A stretch of 64,000 nucleotides of DNA, from NCBI GenBank assembly GCA_017380615.1, contig JAFODQ010000041.1:3600-67599 (forward strand), given 5' to 3'. Source of the stretch: Clostridia bacterium (GTDB taxonomy: Bacteria > Bacillota > Clostridia > Oscillospirales > Acutalibacteraceae). Each line of letters starts with the position of its first letter. The stretch's first letter is position 1. Shown in pieces: positions 18,925-26,982 of the stretch. Under the pieces are notes generated by a model. The model was given only the letters and a program-made list of their open reading frames with translations. It ran no database searches and had not been told where the DNA came from. The position numbers were made by a program, and so were the translations under genes.

Positions 18925-19197
18925 TAAAAAAATACCTGCTCCGTGAGGAGCAGGTACATGAAAAAGCAAGAAAAGATGATAATTTGTTTTTGCCATAGGA
19001 TGTGTAACACATAAACAAATTATGCAAACGCCTTTGAATTCTTTCTTGCTGATACTATTATATGTATATCGCCCGATAATATGCATTTAAAATTTTTTTG
19101 AAGAAAAGTGAAAAAAGACTTGCTTTTTATAAATGGCTGTGGTATTATATTCGGGCGTTGTAAATATGATTTATTTCCCAATGAAAGGAATGTATAT

Positions 19198-19455
19198 ATG
19201 GAATTCTTGTGGTATCACTATCTTCTTGGTGCTGTCCTTATAATTTCATCAATCTTTATCGTTATTTTGGTTATGCTTCAGCAGAGCCAGCAGCAGGGCC
19301 TTTCCGGTGCTATTGCAGGTGGAAGCGATTCCTTCTTTGATAAAAACAAGGGCAGAACAAAAGAAGCAAAGCTTGCAAACATTACAAAGATTTTTGCAAT
19401 TGTTTTCTTCATTACAGCTCTTGTAGCAGTTCTTGTTTTTGCATTAGTTAAATAA
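19198..19455 (+). CDS. secG: Preprotein translocase subunit SecG
   Basis: 85 aa with two TM segments and the central motif GLSGAIAGGS. Start taken at MEFLWY. Confidence 0.85.
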   Translation: MEFLWYHYLLGAVLIISSIFIVILVMLQQSQQQGLSGAIAGGSDSFFDKNKGRTKEAKLANITKIFAIVFFITALVAVLVFALVK

Positions 19456-19486
19456 TTATAGCCCTGATTTTATCAGGGTTAAATAT

Positions 19487-19562
19487 GAGTTATTAGCTCA
19501 GTAGGCAGAGCACCTGCCTTTTAAGCAGGGTGTCCGGGGTTCGAATCCCCGATAACTCACCA
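19487..19562 (+). tRNA. tRNA-Lys (anticodon UUU)
   Basis: Acceptor GAGTTAT/ATAACTC, anticodon loop CTTTTAA, T-arm CGGGG-TTCGAAT-CCCCG, encoded CCA. Confidence 0.93.
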
Positions 19563-19606
19563 AAAAGAACAGCAATTCTCATTTGAGAATTGCTGTTCTT
19601 TTTTTT
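19563..19606. terminator. Bidirectional terminator (tRNA-Lys / nitroreductase)
   Basis: 16-bp stem AAGAACAGCAATTCTC/GAGAATTGCTGTTCTT with A/T-run flanks. Confidence 0.8.
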
Positions 19607-20135
19607 ACTCAATAACATTAACAAGGTCGGAAAGTTCTTTTCTTTTTTTGTTTCTCAGCTTATCCTCGGGGTGAGCATAGCCGAGAGTTATAACTAGTCT
19701 TACAGGCTTTGAAATTTCACATTCCTTGCGAATTTTCTTATCGTCAAGCCATCCTAAAATGCAGGTGGAAAGTCCCTGCGCAGTAGCCTCTGCTGTGATG
19801 TACGCGGCAAGAATTCCTATATCAATCGAGCGATAATCGTTACCCTTGATTTTTGCACCTGCAGCTGCAGAGGATACATAACTTTCTTCTGAAATAACAA
19901 GTACAATTGGCGCTTGGGTGGAAAATTTGTTAAGTCCCATTCCCTTCGTATGCTCTGCCACAGCCTTTGCCTTTTCGCCTTTGCAAACAGTGATGTGGTA
20001 TGGCTGACCGTTGCAGGCAGAAGGGGAAAGTCGCGCTGCTTCAAGTATAGCCTGAAGCTTATCTTCCTCTACAGGTCTCTTTTCATCATAGTGCCTGCAG
20101 GATTGTCTGCTTAATGCAATTTCGCTGAAATTCAT
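19605..20135 (-). CDS. Nitroreductase-family protein
   Basis: The RQSCRHY motif near the N-terminus and a typical nitroreductase fold pattern. ATG at 20135 follows GGAGG. Confidence 0.85.
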   Translation of the reverse strand: MNFSEIALSRQSCRHYDEKRPVEEDKLQAILEAARLSPSACNGQPYHITVCKGEKAKAVAEHTKGMGLNKFSTQAPIVLVISEESYVSSAAAGAKIKGNDYRSIDIGILAAYITAEATAQGLSTCILGWLDDKKIRKECEISKPVRLVITLGYAHPEDKLRNKKRKELSDLVNVIE

Positions 20136-20201
20136 AAAATTCCTCCGTATTAGGTTGCTTTCTTTTCTTTGAGAGCTAAGGCTACCGCCTTTCATATTGC
20201 T

Positions 20202-20229
20202 ATTATACCATATAAAATAAAAAGAGCAA
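20202..20229 (-). promoter_or_regulatory. Putative promoter for the nitroreductase gene
   Basis: On the minus strand: TTGCTC, 16 nt, then TGgTATAAT (extended -10). Confidence 0.45.
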
Positions 20230-20243
20230 GGCAAAGCCTTGCG
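20212..20243 (-). terminator. Rho-independent terminator (minus strand)
   Basis: Stem GCAAGGC/GCCTTGC followed on the minus strand by TCTTTTTATTTT. Confidence 0.55.
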
Positions 20244-20248
20244 AAAAA

Positions 20249-20338
20249 TACTTATTCCTTCTTACCTATTACTTCTTACTTTCCAAAAAATCCTGAATGC
20301 AATTTAGGTAAGAGTGAAGAAGTAAGAGGTAATAAGTA
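20249..20338. repeat. Long imperfect inverted repeat (33-nt arms, 24-nt loop)
   Basis: Left arm 20249-20281 pairs with right arm 20306-20338 at 24 Watson-Crick plus 3 G-T positions out of 33. Confidence 0.7.
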
Positions 20339-20372
20339 AAAATCCTGAATACTTTCGCATTCAGGATTTTTT
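20337..20372. terminator. Hairpin terminator distal to the tRNA-Leu repeat block
   Basis: Stem AATCCTGAAT/ATTCAGGATT, flanked by A5 and T6. Confidence 0.7.
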
Positions 20373-20699
20373 GGTGCCGCTGACCGGACTTGATGGGCTA
20401 CGCCCATCATTCGCTGCGTTTCACTTGCGAACACCCGATTGTGTTCGGCTTCGCCGAGACGGTTCAAGTCCTGTTTAATCGTAAACAAAAAAACAGAGTC
20501 ACCACAAAGTGATAACTCTATTTTTGGTGCCGCTGACCGGACTTGATGGGCTACGCCCATCATTCGCTGTGTTTCACTTGCGAACACCCGATTGTGTTCG
20601 GCTTCGCCGAGACGGTTCAAGTCCTGTTTAATCGTAAACAAAAAAATAGAGTCACCACAAAGTGATAACTCTATTTTTGGTGCCGCTGACCGGACTTGA
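20372..20699 (-). repeat. Tandem 153-bp repeat (2 full copies plus a 22-bp third copy inside tRNA-Leu). Each unit ends in the tRNA-Leu 3' terminal 22 nt
   Basis: TGGTGCCGCTGACCGGACTTGA occurs at 20372, 20525 and 20678. The two copies are 151/153 identical. Confidence 0.9.
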
Positions 20700-20764
20700 A
20701 CCGGTACGGTGTTGCCACCGAGGGATTTTAAGTCCCTTGCGTCTGCCTATTCCGCCACAGCGGC
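20678..20764 (-). tRNA. tRNA-Leu (anticodon UAA), long variable arm
   Basis: Acceptor GCCGCTG/CAGCGGC, anticodon loop CTTAAAA, variable arm CGGTGGCAACACCGTA, T-arm ACCGG-TTCAAGT-CCGGT, encoded CCA. Confidence 0.93.
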
Positions 20765-20775
20765 ACATCCACTAA

Positions 20776-20804
20776 ATTATACTCATTGGTGGTGGAAATG
20801 TCAA
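20776..20804 (-). promoter_or_regulatory. Consensus promoter for tRNA-Leu
   Basis: On the minus strand: TTGACA, 17 nt, TATAAT. The tRNA 5' end lies about 11 nt downstream. Confidence 0.7.
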
Positions 20805-20817
20805 GATTATTTCCATA

Positions 20818-20860
20818 AAAATATAACAAAATATCCCGACAATGTCTTCATTGTCGGGAT
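20818..20860 (-). terminator. Terminator of the GH36 operon
   Basis: Stem ATCCCGACAATG/CATTGTCGGGAT with a T-rich tail on the minus strand. Confidence 0.7.
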
Positions 20861-20866
20861 TATTTG

Positions 20867-23044
20867 TTATTCAGCAAGAAGGTGGATTCTGTAGCTCTGA
20901 CCGTCACCGTTTGGCTTGTAAGTAAGGTTGAGACCTGCATTCATAAGATATGCACCGCTGTACGTTTTACCTGTTTCAGTATCCTTGTAGGTTTTTTGTA
21001 GGTCAAGACCCTTAAGGCGAAGCATAAAGAACTGATTATATGCCTGCTTGATCTGTATAACCGTAACAAGTGCTTCGTTTTTATCCTCGCTCACATGCTG
21101 CCACGCAACCTTGAATTCATTTTCAAATGGCGTAATGAGTCTGTAAAGGTCACCATAGTGAATTACATCGTAATATCTGTGATAAAGCTCAATCTGTGCA
21201 GTGATTTCAGCCTTCTCCTCGGCAGTGAGCTTATCGGGGTCAAGCTCGTAGCCGAATGAGCCCCACAGAGCAACATTCATCTTTGTTTCGTAGCCTGTTC
21301 TTCTGCATGCGGAAACGTGGGCACCCATTGTGGATGTGGGATAGCACATGCTTGTTCCGAACTGGATTGTAAGTCTTTCGATCGGGTCTGTGTTGTCACT
21401 TGTCCAGATTTGTGGTGAATAGTAAAGCATACCCGGATCAAAGCGTCCACCGCCACCGGAGCAGTTTTCGATGAGAAGGTCAGGGAAGTCCTTTGTGAGT
21501 CTGTCCATGATCTCGTAAGTTCCGAGAACAAATCGGTGGAAAACCTCGCCTTGTCTCTCTTTTGGAAGCTGTGAGCAAGAAACCTCGGTAAGATTTCTGT
21601 TGAAATCCCATTTGAGATAATCAATGTTGTTATTGGAAAGAATATCGTGCATTCTTCCGTAAATATAGTCACGGACCTCTTTTCTTGAATAGTCAATAAC
21701 ATACTGTGTGCGGGCAATGGATTTGTCTCTGCCTTCAGTGTGTAAGCACCAATCGGGATGAGCTCTGTATATGTCTGAGTCAGGTGAAATCATTTCAGGC
21801 TCAAACCATATACCGAACTTAAGACCGAGCGCGTTAACTCTGTCAATAAGGTGTGAAAGACCACCCTTGAGCTTGTATTCAGCAACAACCCAGTCACCAA
21901 GAGAGCTTTTATCATCGTCGCGCTTACCAAACCAACCGTCGTCCATGACAAGCATTTCCAGGCCGATATCCTTGGCATGCTTTGCAAATGAAACAAGCTT
22001 ATCGTCATCAAAGTCCATGCCCGTGCCTTCCCAGTTGTTGATGAGAAGAGGCCTTTTTGCTTTTTTCCATTTACCACGGATAAGGTTGTTTGCATAAAAT
22101 CTGTGGAAGATTCGGCTCATTTCACCGAGACCTTCATTTGTGTAAACCATAACAGCCTCTGGTGAGTGGAATTCCTCGCCCGGCTCAAGATACCACTTGA
22201 AGCCGTCGGGGTTAATACCCATAACAAGCCTTGTGCAAGCAAAACCGTCAACCTCAACATCAATTGAGAAATTGCTGCTGTAAACAAGATTGAAGCCATA
22301 GCAGTCACCGTGATCCTCTGTGGTGCCTTTTGTAACAATGGCAGTGAAAGGGTTATGGTTGTGGCTTGATGAGCCTCTCTTGCTCTTGATTGACTGAATT
22401 CCGTGGTGAAGGGGGTATCTGTCAACAGCACGCTCCTTGCCCCATCTGCCGTAAAGATCAATCATTTCGTAATCCATACCGGGGAAATCAATGCATGCAG
22501 AGTGTACTGTGTCAATGTAAAATGGTTTGTCTGTTTTGTTTTCAACCTTAACTCGTCTTGTGATGACACCATGGTTATTGAAAACAGTATAAATAAGAGT
22601 CACAAGCACACCTGTTACAGCATCCTCTGTGAGAATTTCAAGTGTGTCTGCCTCGGAGTCCTCGTTAACATATGTGGATGGCATACCGGGGATAGGCTGC
22701 TTGCCACTGTATATTTTGTGGCTGACATATCTTAAATCTGTAACCTTGTTTCCTTCAGCGTTTTCAACAGCAAAGGCTGAAAGACGGAAATCTCCTGCAC
22801 CGAATGTGGAATATTCAAGAGGTGTCACATCGGGTGAAAAATTATACACCATTGCACTTGGGCTGTCGGGGCAGAAGGAGGCGTAATTTGCTCTGAATCT
22901 TAATTCTTCAACCTCTGTGTCGGGGATAGTCGCACCATAATAATAATGCACAAGATAGTTGCCTTCAAAAACTCTGAATATGTATGAGGAAGTTTTTGTG
23001 TCAAGCTTAAAGGTTTTTGTTTCTTCAATAAATTTAATTGCCAT
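20867..23044 (-). CDS. GH36 alpha-galactosidase
   Basis: Motifs KWDFNR and CSGGGGRFD, about 725 aa. ATG at 23044 follows GAGGAG. Confidence 0.9.
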   Translation of the reverse strand: MAIKFIEETKTFKLDTKTSSYIFRVFEGNYLVHYYYGATIPDTEVEELRFRANYASFCPDSPSAMVYNFSPDVTPLEYSTFGAGDFRLSAFAVENAEGNKVTDLRYVSHKIYSGKQPIPGMPSTYVNEDSEADTLEILTEDAVTGVLVTLIYTVFNNHGVITRRVKVENKTDKPFYIDTVHSACIDFPGMDYEMIDLYGRWGKERAVDRYPLHHGIQSIKSKRGSSSHNHNPFTAIVTKGTTEDHGDCYGFNLVYSSNFSIDVEVDGFACTRLVMGINPDGFKWYLEPGEEFHSPEAVMVYTNEGLGEMSRIFHRFYANNLIRGKWKKAKRPLLINNWEGTGMDFDDDKLVSFAKHAKDIGLEMLVMDDGWFGKRDDDKSSLGDWVVAEYKLKGGLSHLIDRVNALGLKFGIWFEPEMISPDSDIYRAHPDWCLHTEGRDKSIARTQYVIDYSRKEVRDYIYGRMHDILSNNNIDYLKWDFNRNLTEVSCSQLPKERQGEVFHRFVLGTYEIMDRLTKDFPDLLIENCSGGGGRFDPGMLYYSPQIWTSDNTDPIERLTIQFGTSMCYPTSTMGAHVSACRRTGYETKMNVALWGSFGYELDPDKLTAEEKAEITAQIELYHRYYDVIHYGDLYRLITPFENEFKVAWQHVSEDKNEALVTVIQIKQAYNQFFMLRLKGLDLQKTYKDTETGKTYSGAYLMNAGLNLTYKPNGDGQSYRIHLLAE

Positions 23045-23045
23045 A

Positions 23046-23507
23046 TTAATTCTCCTCAATGATGTTGTATGCACTTACATCCTGTATTGTAAAGCTGTCA
23101 TTTCCGATTTGTGTGTTAACGATTTCAAGCTTCAGTGCAGTGGCAGTAACGGCTTCGAAAGAAATATTTTCGTTAAGAATAACCTTTCCTGTGTGAATGA
23201 GCTTGTATTTGCCGTCAACCTCGGCGTATATGTTGAATTGCCTGATCGTTGCAGTTTTTTCGGTAATGAAAACCGTGTTAAAGGTCTGCTTCTCCTCAAA
23301 ACGGAATTCAATATAATCACCTTGTTTACCTTGAAATGCTCCCATGTATGCTTCGACAGTATCGTTTTCAATACCATTTATCAGAACAGCAGAAGCATTC
23401 TGAACAATGTTTTCAATTTTGTTTGCTTTTTTCTTGCTGCAGCCTGAAAATGAACATATTATTGTTGCAAATGCAAGAATGAGTGCAACGCTTTTAATCC
23501 TTTTCAT
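23046..23507 (-). CDS. Hypothetical lipoprotein
   Basis: Signal peptide with lipobox FSGC. Tightly packed between the AKR and GH36 genes. Confidence 0.5.
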   Translation of the reverse strand: MKRIKSVALILAFATIICSFSGCSKKKANKIENIVQNASAVLINGIENDTVEAYMGAFQGKQGDYIEFRFEEKQTFNTVFITEKTATIRQFNIYAEVDGKYKLIHTGKVILNENISFEAVTATALKLEIVNTQIGNDSFTIQDVSAYNIIEEN

Positions 23508-24627
23508 CTGCTAGTACCTTTACTTTCTTAAGGTTATCCGGTATTTTTATCTGCTGAGGACAGTGGGAGACGCAAACGCCACAACCAATGCAGTTGTGAG
23601 CTTGTCTTTCGAAAGGAATCTTTATGTAGCTTCTTTTGAAATCATCCGTATCACGGGATTTGTTATATTCGTTGTAGGCACTAAAGCAGGCAGGAATGTC
23701 CACATTAGCAGGACAGTGCTCCACGCAGTATTTGCAATCTGTGCAGGGAATAGCAAAATTTCTTCTGAAAAAATAATTTGCCTTTTCAATTGCTTCTTTC
23801 TCATTCGTTGAAAGCGGCTTGCCTTCATTAAAGGTTTTAAGATTATCTTCAACCTGCTCATAGGTTGACATTCCACTTAAGATGACCATAACATTTGGTA
23901 AATCGTTGACGAACCTCAGGGCGTAAGATGCGTATGAGGCATCTCCCAACTCATCAAAAACAGCTCTTGCCTCAGGGTTGAGCTTGTGGAGTGAGCCTCC
24001 TCTTACAGGTTCCATTACGATACAGGGAATGTTTCTTTCCTCAAGAGCCAGGTAGTAAGCCTTTGCGTTATCTGCCTCCCAGTCGTAATAGTTAATCTGA
24101 AGCTGAACAAAATCCCATTTGTATTTGTCGATAAGCTCAACAAAAAAATCATAATCTCCATGGTATGAGAAGCCCAGGTGCTTGATTCTGCCAAGCTTTT
24201 TCTGCTCTGTGAGGTATTCGTAGGATTTGTCAGCCTCAAAGGTTTTCATAATGTCTCTGTTGACAGCGTGAAGAAGATAGAAATCAAAATAATCTACACC
24301 ACATTTTTCCAGCTGTCCCTCAAAAAGCTCCTGGGTGTGAATGTTATTATCTCTCATGTAAGAGCCGGGGAGCTTTGTTGCAAGGTAATAGCTTTCTCTT
24401 GGATATCTGCTTAATGCTTCCTTTGCAAAGCTTTCAGAATCGCCGCCATGGTAGAAATAAGCTGTATCATAATAGTTAACACCATTTTTCATTGCAAGAT
24501 CAATTAAGCGTAACGCTTCCTCGCGATCAATAGCATCTTCGTTTTCGCTGATCTTTGGCAATCTCATAAGACCAAAACCAAGCTTTGAGATTGATTTTCC
24601 GATAGAATCAAAATAGCTGTATTGCAT
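23494..24627 (-). CDS. Aldo/keto reductase fused to a 2x[4Fe-4S] ferredoxin domain
   Basis: AKR N-terminal pattern (LGFGLMRLP), and C-terminal CTDCKYCVEHCP and CIGCGVCVSHCP. ATG at 24627 follows AGGAGG. Confidence 0.8.
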   Translation of the reverse strand: MQYSYFDSIGKSISKLGFGLMRLPKISENEDAIDREEALRLIDLAMKNGVNYYDTAYFYHGGDSESFAKEALSRYPRESYYLATKLPGSYMRDNNIHTQELFEGQLEKCGVDYFDFYLLHAVNRDIMKTFEADKSYEYLTEQKKLGRIKHLGFSYHGDYDFFVELIDKYKWDFVQLQINYYDWEADNAKAYYLALEERNIPCIVMEPVRGGSLHKLNPEARAVFDELGDASYASYALRFVNDLPNVMVILSGMSTYEQVEDNLKTFNEGKPLSTNEKEAIEKANYFFRRNFAIPCTDCKYCVEHCPANVDIPACFSAYNEYNKSRDTDDFKRSYIKIPFERQAHNCIGCGVCVSHCPQQIKIPDNLKKVKVLADEKD

Positions 24628-24696
24628 ATTCAGACCTCCTAAGGATTTAGTGATGGTTTGATTATACAATACAGCAAAGCCTTTTACAAGATTTTA

Positions 24697-25617
24697 TTAA
24701 AAGGTTGTTTCAATTATTTTTGTGGAATCAGCAGGGGAATAGCAGAAGCTGTCGATATGGTCTGCATCATAGAAATATCGTGGCTTGTTGGGTTTGTAGT
24801 CTGCCTTGAAGGCATCCACAATCACAAGCTTGAATTTCATCTTTTCTGGGATGATGCTTTTGATGTAAACACTTACATAGTCGCCTTCGCAAACATTTTC
24901 GGTGAATTCTGCAAGACCGGAAAGGTTTGGTGTGAGCTCTACGAAAATACCGTAGTTTTCCACGCTCCTTATTACACCGCTTACTGTTTCACCAACCTGG
25001 AAAAGTGATGCGTTTTCTTCCCATGTGCCCAGAAGCTCTTTGTGAGTGAGAATAGCCCTGCCTTGTTCATCAAAGCTTCTTATGATTGCTTTAATGTTTT
25101 CACCTATGCTGAAGCGTACATTCGGGTGTGGGATTCTTGAAACTGAAATGTTATCAATTGGCAGAAGCGCGTTTACGCCACAGCCAATATCGCAGAAAGC
25201 ACCAAATTGCTCAAGATGCGTTATTGTTGCATCGATGATATCACCGGCTGTAAGCTGAGATAAGTATTCGTTTGTGAAGAGCTCCTGAACTTTTCGTCTG
25301 CTGAGGTAAGCAATTTTCTTACCTTCCTCTGTGACGATTCGTTCGATAATGAATTTTACGGGCTTGTTTACACGGGCTATGATGGCGATATCCTTTGTCT
25401 GACCGTCAGCAATACCCATAGCACACTCCTCACGGGGAATGATGCCTTCAATAAAGCCTAAATTGATATGTAAATTATGGTCGCAATCGCAGTAATCTGC
25501 ACGGGCTTCAAGAAAAGCTCTTTCGTTGAATGCAGTTGTAAAACCCTCTAATGAGCTTATGCGAGCTTCGTTTTCTTTTGTGTTAATCAAGTAGCCTTCT
25601 GGAAGAAAATGTGTCAT
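24697..25617 (-). CDS. S1 RNA-binding domain protein
   Basis: Two or three S1-like motifs (GDIIDATITHLEQFGAFCDIG, GETVSGVIRSVENYGIFVEL). Confidence 0.7.
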   Translation of the reverse strand: MTHFLPEGYLINTKENEARISSLEGFTTAFNERAFLEARADYCDCDHNLHINLGFIEGIIPREECAMGIADGQTKDIAIIARVNKPVKFIIERIVTEEGKKIAYLSRRKVQELFTNEYLSQLTAGDIIDATITHLEQFGAFCDIGCGVNALLPIDNISVSRIPHPNVRFSIGENIKAIIRSFDEQGRAILTHKELLGTWEENASLFQVGETVSGVIRSVENYGIFVELTPNLSGLAEFTENVCEGDYVSVYIKSIIPEKMKFKLVIVDAFKADYKPNKPRYFYDADHIDSFCYSPADSTKIIETTF

Positions 25618-25714
25618 TTTTATCACCTATATTTAAATATTTTTATCTTACTCTTTAATTTTATGTAATCTTGTGTTATAATATTTCTAAATAATGCTTT
25701 TTGGAGGGGACTAT

Positions 25715-25906
25715 ATGGATGTTCGTGTGGGAGATGTTCTTGAAATGAAGAAACAGCACCCGTGCGGAACAAAGCAATTTTTTGTTTTGCGTTCGGGAAT
25801 GGATTTCCGTCTTCGTTGTTGTGGTTGTAACCGAGAGTTTCTCATACCTCGCTCCAAGGCAGAGAAAAACATAAAAAAGATTATCAGGGAGAATTCCGAT
25901 GATTGA
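25715..25906 (+). CDS. DUF951-family small protein
   Basis: About 63 aa with the HPCG...CxxC pattern typical of DUF951. GGAGGG RBS upstream. Confidence 0.65.
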   Translation: MDVRVGDVLEMKKQHPCGTKQFFVLRSGMDFRLRCCGCNREFLIPRSKAEKNIKKIIRENSDD

Positions 25907-26963
25907 TAAATTAACCCATGTTGAAGCAAGGTTTGAAAAGGTAAATGAGCTTTTGTGTTTACCTGAAACTGTTTCGGATCAGAAGCAGTATGCCGAGCTG
26001 ATGCGTGAATTAAAGAACCTTACCCCCATTGTTGAGGTGTTCAGGCAATACCAAAAAACAATTTCGGATGGTGAAGCAGCCAAGCTTATGTTGGGGGAAC
26101 ACCCTGACAAGGAGCTTAAAGAAATGCTTGAAATTGAGTTGGAGGATTGCAAGGAAAGAGCAGCAGCTCTGTCAGAGGAGCTTAAAATCCTTCTTCTTCC
26201 CCGTGACCCCAACGATGACAAAAATGTTATCATTGAGATACGCGCAGGTGCAGGTGGCGAAGAGGCTGCTCTATTTGCCCACTCGCTTTTCAGAATGTAT
26301 TCAATGTACTCCGAGGCGAGAGGCTGGAAGCCTGAGGTTTTATCGCTGAATGAAACAGGTCTTGGTGGCGTTAAGGAAATAAGCTTTATGATAACGGGAG
26401 AGGGAGCTTATTCACGCTTCAAGTTTGAGAGTGGTGTTCACCGTGTTCAGCGAGTACCCGAAACTGAATCAGGCGGCAGAATCCATACCTCCACAGTAAC
26501 CGTAGCTGTCCTTCCTGAGGCAGAAGAGGTCGATATAGAGATTGATCCTTCTGATTTGCAGGTGGACACCTTCCGTTCAAGCGGAGCGGGTGGTCAGCAT
26601 GTTAACAAAACTGAATCAGCAATCCGTATCACTCATTTGCCCACGGGCACTGTTGTTGAGTGTCAGGATGAAAGAAGTCAGCACAAAAACCGAGATCGTG
26701 CCATGAAGATTCTTCGTTCCAGGCTCCTTGATGCCGAAAGAGAAAAGCAAAATGCTGAGATTGCAGATGAAAGGCGCTCTCAGGTCGGTACGGGAGACAG
26801 AAGTGAGAGAATTCGTACTTATAATTTCCCTCAGGGAAGAGTCAGTGACCACAGAATCGGTCTTACTCTGTACAGAATTGAAGCTATAATGAATGGCGAT
26901 TTGGATGAGGTTATCGATGCACTCATCACTGCTGATACAGCTGAAAGATTAAAACAAAACTAA
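25899..26963 (+). CDS. prfA: Peptide chain release factor 1
   Basis: GGQ motif ([10 protein letters not shown]) and PET-type tripeptide region ([14 protein letters not shown]). Confidence 0.97.
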   Translation: MIDKLTHVEARFEKVNELLCLPETVSDQKQYAELMRELKNLTPIVEVFRQYQKTISDGEAAKLMLGEHPDKELKEMLEIELEDCKERAAALSEELKILLLPRDPNDDKNVIIEIRAGAGGEEAALFAHSLFRMYSMYSEARGWKPEVLSLNETGLGGVKEISFMITGEGAYSRFKFESGVHRVQRVPETESGGRIHTSTVTVAVLPEAEEVDIEIDPSDLQVDTFRSSGAGGQHVNKTESAIRITHLPTGTVVECQDERSQHKNRDRAMKILRSRLLDAEREKQNAEIADERRSQVGTGDRSERIRTYNFPQGRVSDHRIGLTLYRIEAIMNGDLDEVIDALITADTAERLKQN

Positions 26964-26982
26964 CTGTAAATTGAGGATGAAA

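Noticed and set aside
18957-19011. 17-codon Cys-rich mini-ORF (MKKQEKMIICFCHRMCNT) after the topoisomerase A gene, with GGAG 7 nt upstream.
   Set aside because: The apparent RBS is the 3' arm of the terminator hairpin, the ORF is very short, and nothing in the context supports it.
20276-20641. 121-aa minus-strand ORF with an internally duplicated sequence (FTIKQDLNRLGEAEHNRVFASETQRMMGVAHQVRSAAPK twice).
   Set aside because: It is simply the translation of the tandem 153-bp DNA repeat and its tRNA-derived ends. There is no RBS, and it runs through terminator hairpins.
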